From the NCBI GenBank assembly GCA_002269645.1, contig NIVC01000272.1:124001-188000 (forward strand): a stretch of DNA of 64,000 nucleotides, given 5' to 3'. Made by a program: the position numbers and the translations under genes. Origin of the DNA: Macrostomum lignano (Eukaryota). Shown piece after piece: positions 42,060 through 57,252 of this stretch; the stretch's first letter is position 1; every line of letters begins with the position of its first letter. Below the pieces are notes generated by a model. It had not been told where the DNA came from, did not search any database, and was given only the letters and a program-made list of their open reading frames with translations.

Positions 42060-43147
42060 TTTTATTGTAACTTGTTGAATCCCCAAAGTGTTCACAGCTG
42101 CAGAAGCGAGAAATGCCGTGCTAAACGAAGCGCCTGGCCAGTCGGGTGAATTTCGCTGGCTCAGAAACTTCACGATTTCTACCGGGCAAACTTAATTTCG
42201 AGCTTTTGAATCGCCCGCCAATTTCCAACTCGCACGAAGTCGCTGCTTGCTTGGCTGCAGCCGGGGTCTTTTTGGCCCCCTTTATTTGCTCTGGTTATCT
42301 GGGGTCGGTGCAAGGCCTCACTCAGTCTGAGCAGGCCCGCCGCTGTACTCATAACAGTCTGTTTGCTCTGAAGTTTGGGCGTCTCGGTTAGAAGAACTTC
42401 GGAGACCCGACAGCTCGAGATCCTACATGGAATCTATTTTGTCAGTTATGCGAGTGCACTATGTGGGGGGGGGCACATCCGTGATAAATTGCTTACCGGG
42501 TCTACAAAGTAACGTATTTGCCGCTAGACTAGAGGTTAAAAATATCGGCCACTCAAGCAGAAGTTTTTAGTTTTAAGGTGTAATGATATTAATACTGAAA
42601 TTTGCACGCAAAACTGACGTTGCCAATTTATTATTTATTGCACAGTAGCGCTGAGTCCCATCGCAGCCCCAGCTGAAATAAAAGTCAAATGATTCTGTGT
42701 TCTACATCTAGAATGAATGCATTGAGTACAGTTGAGAACAGTCCAGTCAGTACGTGACTTCGATCACGTGGCTCGGGAGTAATCAGGACTGAAAAAATTG
42801 GGGGGCAAATATCGAGCCACGATATAATGCCGGTTAACACTGAGCACACCAACTGAGTACAAAAGGAATTAAAAAGGTAAAAAGAAGCAATGGTCGGCGA
42901 CAATTAACCTGCAAGAATAAATGGCACAGAGAGGCATGCACGGGCCAACAGACCGCCCCCGGACGCTGCTGCGTCCCAATTAAGGTCCGGTGTGACTTCC
43001 CACCTTCGCAATCAGCCTTGCTTGCCTTGCTACTCCGTATATGTAAATAGTTCTTCAGCTATCACAGTACTCGCGCGTACCCCACTAGCGGTCCTTGTAT
43101 GCAAATAGGCACTGAAAAACAGTCTTCGCCCGGCTCAGCTCAGCTGC

Positions 43148-47040
<3,893 letters not shown>

Positions 47041-47494
47041 GCTGAGTGACTGCCGCGCGACCAGCCTGCGCAAAATTTGCAAAAATAAAGAGCCAAGCCA
47101 GAAAGACACTTAAAGACTGTTCGCTGCTCTTATCAGTTCGCGTGGGTTGAGGGGGAGGGGGGTCCGCGTTCGCCACGGGGCTCTGACAGCTTTGCTATAA
47201 AAAGCAAGGAAGATAGAAAAAATATGATATGCACTGCAGGCTCATTTGAGTCATTAGCTGGAGTCTCTGTCGACTAGTACGAGCTGTTAACAAGCTAATA
47301 TCTCTGTGCGGTGGCAAAATAACTGGGCGATTTAGAACTGATGCACAGCATATTAACAGCACTGTGTAAGTGATAGCGTGCTGTGGTGAAACTTGGACTA
47401 ACATTTACCTATTTTTTAGCCCTTTAAGACTTGGCTGTGGTTCTTTTATTAAGTCAGGACATCCTGATTTTTTAAAGCTTTTATCAACGAGCTA

Positions 47495-48890
47495 TCTCCC
47501 TCTCTCCACTCTCCCTCTCTCTACTCTCCCTCTCTCTACTCTCCCTCTCTCCACTCTCCCTCTCTCCACTCTCCCTCTCTCTACTCTCCCTCTCTCTACT
47601 CTCCCTCTCTCTACTCTCCCTCTCTCCACTCTCCCTCTCTCCACTCTCCCTCTCTCCACTCTCCATCTCTCCACTCTCCCTCTCTCTACTCTCCCTCTCT
47701 CCACTCTCCTCCTCTCATTCTCCTTCTCTCCATTCTCCTTCTCTCCATTCTCCTTCTCTCCATTCTCCTTCTCTCCATTCTCCCTCTCTCCACTCTCCCT
47801 CTCTCCACTCTCCCTCTCTCCACTCTCCCTCTCTCCATTCTCCTTCTCTCCATTCTCCTTCTCTCCATTCTCCCTCTCTCCACTCTCCCTCTCTCCATTC
47901 TCCTTCTCTCCACTCTCCCTCTCTCCATTCTCCTTCTCTCCACTCTCCCTCTCTCCATTCTCCCTCTCTCCACTCTCCCTCTCTCCTCTCTACCTCTCTC
48001 CATTCTCATCTCTCCATTCTCCATCTCTCCATTCTCCCTCTCTCTATTCTCCCTCTCTCTATTCTCCCTCTCTTCACTCTCCCTCTCTCCATTCTCCCTC
48101 TCTCCATTCTCCCTCTCTCTATTCTCCCTCTCTCCACTCTCCCTCTCTCTACTCTCCCTCTCTCCACTCTCCCTCTCTCTACTCTCCCTCTCTCCACTCT
48201 CCCTCTCTCCACTCTCCCTCTCTCTACTCTCCCTCTCTCTACTCTCCCTCTCTCTACTCTCCCTCTCTCCACTCTCCCTCTCTCTACTCTCCCTCTCTTC
48301 ACTCTCCCTCTCTCTACTCTCCATCTCTCCACTCTCCCTCTCTCTACTCTCCCTCTCTCCACTCTCCCTCTCTCTACTCTCAATCTCTCCACTCTCCCTC
48401 TCTCCACTCTCCCTCTCTCCACTCTCCATCTCTCCACTCTCCCTCTCTCCACTCTCCCTCTCTCTACTCTCCCTCTCTCCACTCTCCCTCTCTCTACTCT
48501 CCCTCTCTCTACTCTCCCTCTCTCTACTCTCCCTCTCTCCACTCTCCTCCTCTCACTCTCCTTCTCTCCATTCTCCTTCTCTCCATTCTCCTTCTCTCCA
48601 TTCTCCTTCTCTCCATTCTCCCTCTCTCCACTCTCCCTCTCTCTACTCTCCCTCTCTCCACTCTCCCTCTCTCCACTCTCCCTCTCTCCACTCTCCCTCT
48701 CTCCACTCTCCCTCTCTCTACTCTCCCTCTCTCCACTCTCCCTCTCTCTACTCTCCCTCTCTCCACTCTCCCTCTCTCCACTCTCCCTCTCTCCATTCTC
48801 CCTCTCTCCACTCTCCTTCTCTCCATTCTCCCTCTCTCCACTCTCCCTCTCTCCATTCTCCTTCTCTCCATTCTCCATCTCTCCACTCTT
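47495..48890. repeat. 15-bp CT-rich minisatellite (CTCCCTCTCTCCACT)
   Basis: Direct periodicity. Confidence 0.93.
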
Positions 48891-49031
48891 CTCCGTCACC
48901 GCTCTTCCTCTCTCTTCTTCCTTCTCTTCCTTTTCGTTATCCCCCTCTGCCCGCTCCTGGCCTACTTTAAGTAGCGACAGTCGATCGAATGAACACTTGT
49001 TTTATAACTTGTCTGTCAGAAAAAAGAAGGT

Positions 49032-51148
49032 ATTTTGTTGGACTCCAATCAGTTTTGTGTTGGATTCCAATCAATCAGTTTTGTGTTGGATTCCAATCAA
49101 TCAGTTTTGTGTTGGATTCCAATCAGTTTTGTGTGGGATTCCAATCAGTTTTGCGTTGGATTCCAATCAGTTTTGTGTTGGATTCCAATCAATCAGTTTT
49201 GTGTTGGATTCCAATTAATCAGTTTTGTGTTGGATTCCAATCAGTTTTGTGTTGGATTCCAATCAGTTTTGTGTTGGATTCCAATCAGTTTTGTGTTGGA
49301 TTCCAATCAGTTTTGTGTTGGATTCCAATCAGTTTTGTGTTGGATTCCAATCAGTTTTGTGTTGGATTCCTATCAGTTTTGTGTTGGATTCCAATCAGTT
49401 TTGTGTTGGATTCCAATCAGTTTTGTGTTGGATTCCTATCAGTTTTGTGTTGGATTCCTATCAGTTTTGTGTTGGATTCCTATCAGTTTTGTGTTGGATT
49501 CCAATCAGTTTTGTGTTGGATTCCAATCAGTTTTGTGTTGGATTCCTATCAGTTTTGTGTTGGATTCCTATCAGTTTTGTGTTGGATTCCAATCAGTTTT
49601 GTGTTGGATTCCAATCAGTTTTGTGTTGGATTCCAATCAGTTTTGTGTTGGATTCCAATCAGTTTTGTGTTGGATTCCAATCAGTTTTGTGTTGGATTCC
49701 AATCAGTTTTGTGTTGGATTCCTATCAGTTTTGTGTTGGATTCCAATCAGTTTTGTGTTGGATTCCAATCAGTTTTGTGTTGGATTCCTATCAGTTTTGT
49801 GTTGGATTCCTATCAGTTTTGTGTTGGATTCCTATCAGTTTTGTGTTGGATTCCTATCAGTTTTGTGTTGGATTCCAATCAGTTTTGTGTTGGATTCCTA
49901 TCAGTTTTGTGTTGGATTCCTATCAGTTTTGTGTTGGATTCCAATCAGTTTTGTGTTGGATTCCAATCAGTTTTGTGTTGGATTCCTATCAGTTTTGTGT
50001 TGGATTCCAATCAGTTTTGTGTTGGATTCCAATCAGTTTTGTGTTGGATTCCAATCAATCAGTTTTGTGTTGGATTCCAATTAATCAGTTTTGTGTTGGA
50101 TTCCAATCAGTTTTGTGTTGGATTCCAATCAGTTTTGTGTTGGATTCCAATCAGTTTTGTGTTGGATTCCAATCAGTTTTGTGTTGGATTCCTATCAGTT
50201 TTGTGTTGGATTCCAATCAGTTTTGTGTTGGATTCCTATCAGTTTTGTGTTGGATTCCTATCAGTTTTGTGTTGGATTTCAATCAGTTTTGTGTTGGATT
50301 CCAATCAGTTTTGTGTTGGATTCCAATCAGTTTTGTGTTGGATTCCTATCAGTTTTGTGTTGGATTCCTATCAGTTTTGTGTTGGATTCCTATCAGTTTT
50401 GTGTTGGATTCCTATCAGTTTTGTGTTGGATTCCAATCAGTTTTGTGTTGGATTCCAATCAGTTTTGTGTTGGATTCCTATCAGTTTTGTGTTGGATTCC
50501 AATCAGTTTTGTGTTGGATTCCTATCAGTTTTGTGTTGGATTCCTATCAGTTTTGTGTTGGATTCCAATCAGTTTTGTGTTGGATTCCAATCAGTTTTGT
50601 GTTGGATTCCAATCAGTTTTGTGTGGGATTCCAATCAGTTTTGTGTTGGATTCCAATCAATCAGTTTTGTGTTGGATTCCAATTAATCAGTTTTGTGTTG
50701 GATTCCAATCAGTTTTGTGTTGGATTCCAATCAGTTTTGTGTTGGATTCCAATCAGTTTTGTGTTGGATTCCTATCAGTTTTGTGTTGGATTCCTATCAG
50801 TTTTGTGTTGGATTCCAATCAGTTTTGTGTTGGATTCCTATCAGTTTTGTGTTGGATTCCTATCAGTTTTGTGTTGGATTTCAATCAGTTTTGTGTTGGA
50901 TTCCAATCAGTTTTGTGTTGGATTCCAATCAGTTTTGTGTTGGATTCCTATCAGTTTTGTGTTGGATTCCTATCAGTTTTGTGTTGGATTCCTATCAGTT
51001 TTGTGTTGGATTCCAATCAGTTTTGTGTTGGATTCCAATCAGTTTTGTGTTGGATTCCAATCAGTTTTGTGTTGGATTCCTATCAGTTTTGTGTTGGATT
51101 CCAATCAGTTTTGTGTTGGATTCCTATCAGTTTTGTGTTGGATTCCTA
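49032..51148. repeat. 22-bp minisatellite (TCAGTTTTGTGTTGGATTCC[A/T]A), about 96 units, with a roughly 602-bp higher-order duplication
   Basis: Diagnostic variants recur 602 bp apart: AATTAATCAG near 50079 and 50681, and TTTCAATCAG near 50277 and 50879. Confidence 0.95.
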
Positions 51149-51434
51149 TATTTCACGGGTTTCATTTCAATCCTTGCTGCGTTATCTGCGTTAAAACTTT
51201 TGCAATAATAACCGAATATTATATTTAAAAGTTTTCCATCAGAGTCATATCGTATCAGTGAGTACATGCCGGTATTTGTTTGTTTAAATGGGTAAATGCA
51301 AAATTTTAGCATTAAAAAGATAGCCTGAAAAGCAACTGGTACCAAGGACACACAGGCTCTTGGAGCCGCTATCAGGTGAGGCCTAGCAACTCTCAATTAA
51401 TAATCATATTGACATCCGCGTTGGCCAGAATCCG

Positions 51435-54400
51435 CTAGGGCTCCCAGGCGACCAGCTGGGCCAGCAGCGAGCTGCTGCTCACGCAGGACCGGGTCAGCCG
51501 GGCCGCCATGCTGGCCAGGTGCGGGTCGGGCAGCAGCGGCATCTTGCCAAAATAGTCGTCGGATTTGCGCAGCCGCTGCCGGCTGACTCGCAGCGACGTG
51601 TTCTCCGGCACCGACCGGTTGAGCAGCAGGGTGACGCGGTCGCGCTCGTGCTGGCAGCGGTGCCGAGTGCAGAAGGCCGCGTCGAACTGCTCCAGCAGGC
51701 GGAAGCAGCTGGCGGGCGGTTCCGGGAGGGTGGGTTCGATTTGAGAGAGGAAGAGGGTGAGATATGGAGGGTGAGAAGTGGAGGGGTGAGAAGTGGAGGG
51801 GTGAGAAGTGGAGGGGTGAGAAGTGGAGGGGTTAGAAGTGGAGGGGAGAGAAGTGGAGGGGTGAGATGTCGAGGGTAAGACATGGAGGGTAAATGGTGGA
51901 GGGGGAATGCTGAGGGAATGGTGGAGGGGAATGGTGGAGGGGGAATGGTGGGGGGAATGGTGGAGGGGAATGGTGGAGGGGAATGGTGGAGGGGAATGCT
52001 GAGGGAATGGTGGAGGGGGAATGGTGGGGGGAATGGTGGAGGGGAATGGTGGAAGGGGAATGGTGGGGGGAATGGTGGAGGGGAATGGTGGAGGGGAATG
52101 GTGGAGGGGAATGCTGAGGGAATGGTGGAGGGGAATGGTGGGGGAATGGTGGAGGGGAATGGTGGGGGGAATGATGGATGGGGAATGCTGAGGGAATGGT
52201 GGAGGGGGAATGCTGAGGGAATGGTGGAGGGAAATGGTGGAGGAGGAATGGTGGAGGGGGGAATGGTGGAGGGGAATGGTGGAGGGGAATGGTGGAGGGG
52301 AATGGTGGAGGGGAATGGTGGAGGGGAATGGTGGAGGGGAATGGTGGAGGGGAATGGTGGAGGGGAATGGTGGAGGGGGAATGGTGGAGGGGAATGGTGG
52401 AGGGGAATGGTGGAGGGGGAATGGTGGAGGGGGAATGGTGGAGGGGAATGGTGGAGGGGAATGGTGGAGGGGAATGCTGAGGGAATGGTGGAGGGGAATG
52501 GTGGAGGAGGAATGGTGGAGGGGGGAATGGTGGAGGGGAATGGTGGAGAGGAATGGTGGAGGGGAATGGTGGAGGGGAATGGTGGAGGGGAATGGTGGTG
52601 AGGAACAAATGTTGAAGCTCAGTAAGCTCAGTAAGAAATCTGAGGTAAACTGCACCGTTTAAGAAGCGGCTGCTTGAGGCTGTAGAACCGGCACATGAAG
52701 TACTTGGCCCAGGTTTTGGTCCTGTAAGTCCCCCTGAGCAGCAGCGTCTTCCGGATGTACAGCAGGCTGCAGGTCCGGTCCGCGATGCTTTGCAGAGCCG
52801 CACGATTTGCCCGCAGCTTCTTCAGCAGGTCGCGGTCGAACGGGATGCAGAAGTCCGACACCACTGGCGCGGGCAGGTCGGCGCTTTTCGTGTCGCCCAC
52901 GCGGACCCACTGGCGCCGGGGCGCCATCCGGCGCGGCTCCACAGCCAGCAGTAGACGGCGACGAGCCATCGCTGGCGCGGACGCCATGCGCCTGAAATAC
53001 GCCGGGCTGATGTTGTCGCCCTCGAACCCCGGCTGGGCGGTGGAGGAGGAGGCGGTCGCCGTGGTTGCCACGTTGTGTCGGCCGGAGCTGAGGTCGAACC
53101 GCGAGTCTGAGGAGGATGTAAGAGGTTCTGTGGGGCTGGAGTTTCAGCAGGGATACTGATGAGGCGGTGAGATGCTTTTACAATAATATTGCTGCTCGGT
53201 AGGGTTGAGTGAAGGTTGAGTGGGTGAGGGTTAAGGTGAGTGAGGGTTGAGATGGGTGAGGGTTGGGATGGGTGAGGGTTGGGGTGGGTGAGGGTTGGGG
53301 TGGGTGAGGGTTGGGATGGGTGAGAGTTGGGGTGGGTGAGGGTTGGGGTGGGTGAGGGTTGGGGTGGGTGAGGGTTGGGATGGGTGAGGGTTGGGATGGG
53401 TGAGGGTTGGGGTGGGTGAGGGTTGGGGTGGGTGAGGGTTGGGGTGGGTGAGGGTTGGGATGGGTGAGGGTTGGGATGGGTGAGAGTTGGGGTGGGTGAG
53501 AGTTGGGGTGGGTGAGGGTTGGGGTGAGTGAGGGTTGGGGTGGGTGAGGGTTGGGGTGGGTGAGGGTTGGGGTGGGTGAGGGTTGGGATGGGTGAGGGTT
53601 GGGATGGATGAGGGTTGGGGTGGGTGAGGGTTGGGGTGGGTGAGGGTTGGGATGGGTGAGGGTTGGGATGGGTGAGGGTTGGGGTGGGTGAGGGTTGGGG
53701 TGGGTGAGGGTTGGGATGGGTGAGGGTTGGGATGGGTGAAAGTTGGGGTGGGTGAGAGTTGGGGTGGGTGAGGGTTGGGGTGAGTGAGGGTTGGGGTGGG
53801 TGAGGGTTGGGGTGGGTGAGGGTTGGGGTGGGTGAGGGTTGGGATGGGTGAGGGTTGGGATGGGTGAGGGTTGGGGTGGGTGAGGGTTGGGGTGGGTGAG
53901 GGTTGGGGTGGGTGAGGGTTGGGATGGGTGAGGGTTGGGATGGGTGAGGGTTGGGGTGGGTGAGGGTTGGGATGGGTGAGGGTTGGGGTGGGTGAGGGTT
54001 GGGGTGGGTGAGGGTTGGGGTGGGTGAGGGTTGGGATGGGTGAGGGTTGGGATGGGTGAGGGTTGGGGTGGGTGAGGGTTGGGGTGGGTGAGGGAACACA
54101 TAGACCAGGGGTCGGCAAACTATGGCCCACGGGCCACATGGGCCACATAGCGAAGCCTCTCCATCCAACCCTCGGGTCCTTTGAAATTTCACAATGGCAA
54201 TCTGGCCCGCTCAAGGTTTGCCTCTTCTCAGACCTCGTTTATTTTTTCTCCTCTCGTTATCTCCTCTATCTCCTCCCCTCTCTCTCATCTGCCCTATCAC
54301 CTCTCTCTGGCCTGCAGCCAAGCGCTAGCTTCTACACCAGGCCCTTTGAGTTGAAAGTGTTTGCCCACCCGTGGCATGGACTTTTGTGAGAGTCAGACGC

Positions 54401-54806
54401 CTGAACCCACAGAGCCACTTTGCCCCCCCCCCCAATAGGTGGATGAGGCAGATCTGGGGTCACGAGTCCCCCAGTAAGACAGAAAGCTCACCATCAGTTG
54501 CCGTTGCCACCGGATCCTCTTCTCGCCGGCTGCATCGCTCCTCAGCCACGGAGATGCTGAAGTGCAGCACCAGCGAGTTCACCCTGGTGGCCGTCACAGT
54601 TTTGGTTGTCATGGCCTTCCGGTTGAAGCTGTGCTCGAAAATATCGAACTGCTGATGACATTTTCCCCGCTTTTGCGAGAGCTTCCTTTCCATTTGTCTA
54701 TGGTCAGAACTGCGGCTGGTGCAATGAATTTTAATGTCTACCTTAAGCGTGCGCAAATCGTAACTGAGGAATCGAACCGACTGAGCTCGAATTCTCCAAC
54801 CCTCAT
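51435..54806 (-). CDS. Uncharacterised 4-exon gene, 338 aa, with a degenerate KH-like domain
   Basis: Exons 54806-54742, 54697-54492, 53127-52656 and 51708-51435 are phase-compatible (2,1,2), total 1017 nt and have GC-rich coding-like composition. The segment FCIPFDRDLLKKLRANRAALQSIADRTCSLLYIRKTLLLRGTYRTKTWAKYFM follows KH secondary-structure spacing but lacks GxxG. Confidence 0.55.
51770..52600. repeat. G-rich 15-bp (GAGAAGTGGAGGGGT) then 13-bp (GGAGGGGAATGGT) minisatellites filling an intron
   Basis: Direct periodicity. Confidence 0.92.
53205..54093. repeat. 16-bp G-rich minisatellite (GGGTGAGGGTTGGG[G/A]T)
   Basis: Direct periodicity with three G-runs per unit. Confidence 0.93.
54106..54373 (+). 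mobile_element. hAT-type MITE
   Basis: Ends CAGGGGTCGGCAAAC...GGCCCACGGGCC and TTTGCCCACCCGTG. The 8-bp flanks ACATAGAC and GCATGGAC match at 6/8, consistent with an hAT TSD. Confidence 0.75.
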
Positions 54807-55299
54807 GAAGGTAGTTTGAGTACTATTGAGCACACTTCAACTGAGCACCCGAAAAGTTCCAGCATGCATCACAAAGAATGAAATTTCAGTCCTTCTTCTT
54901 TCTGATTGCGATACCTGAGAAAATCCTGAGTACCCTATCGTGTACTTTTGCACATCGTGAGCTTCATTTTATGCAGACATTCAGATGCCTGTCTTGAGCA
55001 CCAGCAGGAGCTCCCAGCGTCTTCATTGGTTGATTTTTACACTGTGCACGGGGGCAGCCGCCAATCCAGCAGCTGTTTCTCAAGCATCCAGCCCTGCCTT
55101 CCAGGATTCCTTCTGTTTACCGATATTTGCGGAGTCAACACATGGCGCCCGTGAGAATTATCGATGGGGGGGATGGGCAACTTGGCTCAGCGACTGAGCG
55201 ACCGAAGTCTGAAGGATGCGATTTTTATGCGCTGCTGGCATTGCGGATGCCATAAATGCCATTTTTGATGCCACCGACTCGACACCGTTAATACTGCCT

Positions 55300-56725
55300 C
55301 TGGCACAGCTGATGGCGCTACTGACACAGCTGATTACATCTCTGACACAGCTGTTGACATCTCTGACACAGCTTATCACATCTCTGACACAGCTAATCAC
55401 ATCTCTGACACAGCTGATCACATCTCTGACACAGCTGATAGCACTACTGACACAGCTGATGGCGCTATTGACACGGCTGATTACATCTCTGACACAGCTA
55501 ATCACATCTCTGACACAGCTGATCACATCTCTGACACAGCTGATCACATCTCTGACACAGCTGATCACATCTCTGACACAGCTGATCACATCTCTGACAC
55601 AGCTGATCACATCTCTGACACAGCTGATCACATCTCTGACACAGCTGATTACATCTCTGAGACAGCTGTTGACATCTCTGACACAGCTGATCACATTTCT
55701 GACACAGCTAATCACATCTCTGACACAGCTGTTGACATCTCTGACAGAGCTGATCACATCTCTGACACAGCTGTTGACATCTCTGACACAGCTGATTACA
55801 TCTCTGACACAGCTAATCACATCTCTGACACAGCTGATCACATCTCTGACACAGCTGATCACATCTCTGACACAGCTGATCACATCTCTGACACAGCTGA
55901 TCACATCTCTGACACAGCTGATCACATCTCTGACACAGCTGATTACATCTCTGAGACAGCTGTTGACATCTCTGACACAGCTGATCACATTTCTGACACA
56001 GCTGATAGCACTACTGACACAGCTGATGGCGCTATTGACACGGCTGATTACATCTCTGACACAGCTAATCACATCTCTGACACAGCTGTTGACATCTCTG
56101 ACAGAGCTGATTACATCTCTGAGACAGCTGTTGACATCTCTGACACAGCTGATCACATTTCTGACACAGCTGATAGCACTACTGACACAGCTGATGGCGC
56201 TATTGACACGGCTGATTACATCTCTGACACAGCTAATCACATCTCTGACACAGCTGTTGACATCTCTGACAGAGCTGATCACATCTCTGACAGAGCTGAT
56301 CACATCTCTGACACAGTGTTGACATCTCTGACACAGCTGATTACATCTCTGACACAGCTAATCACATCTCTGACACAGCTGATCACATCTCTGACACAGC
56401 TGATCACATCTCTGACACAGCTGATCACATCTCTGACACAGCTGATCACATCTCTGACACAGCTGATCACATCTCTGACACAGCTGATTACATCTCTGAG
56501 ACAGCTGTTGACATCTCTGACACAGCTGATCACATTTCTGACACAGCTGATAGCACTACTGACACAGCTGATGGCGCTATTGACACGGCTGATTACATCT
56601 CTGACACAGCTAATCACATCTCTGATACAGCTGTTGACATCTCTGACACAGCCGATCACATTTCTGACACAGCCGATCACATTTCTGACACAGCTAATCA
56701 CATCTCTGACACAGCTGTTGACATA
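55300..56725. repeat. 21-bp minisatellite (CTGACACAGCTGATCACATCT) with higher-order blocks
   Basis: Direct periodicity, with one 1-bp deletion near 56316. Confidence 0.95.
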
Positions 56726-57252
56726 TCTGGCTCTTTCCGAAGAACCAATTTCTAGGTTCTTACATTTTAGATTGGGAAAACTTTGCCCCCTGACTGATGC
56801 AGCTTCCAGCCTCCGAGATCTGCCTCCATCCCCCCCGGCCCCGCATGGGAGATAAGGAAGCTGAGCCGCAGTGGCGCCACCTTTTTCTCAGCTCTGACAC
56901 GCAGCTGCTGCGTGACCGCCTGAGCGAAATTCGGATGCACTCTTACAGCCTTTGCCTGCTGCGAGCGCGTCACAGGAACTTGAAAGCAATTTCTAGCTGA
57001 AAAATAGAAATATCCGTTAATCCAGTTGTATCCCTTGTAAGGGGTTTCTACTTTTTAAACTTTGAAAATTGATGAGGCCAGAGTTTTGGGATATCCTCAG
57101 AGACTGGAGAAGCAGGTCCACAGCTTGCAGGGCCACCTCCCAGCCAATGGGAGCGTCTTGGCTCCACTATAACTGCCTCCTGAGCTGAGCTGCTTCTAAA
57201 AGCAAAACCTCTTTAACCAGTCTTTCAAGAAATTGCCTGCTTACACGTTGCG

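Noticed and set aside
49032-51148. CRISPR-like appearance of regular arrays (also 32590-33230 and 63715-64000)
   Set aside because: The units are head-to-tail with no unique spacers, there are no cas genes, and the context is eukaryotic.
47370-51228. 534-667 aa ORFs (LSTLP, SVLCWIPISF...)
   Set aside because: They are products of stop-free 15- and 22-bp repeat units, with no unique coding sequence or splice context.
56767-57000. Short ORFs on both strands between the 21-bp array and the GPCR
   Set aside because: No frame stays open between plausible splice sites, and there is no recognisable motif.
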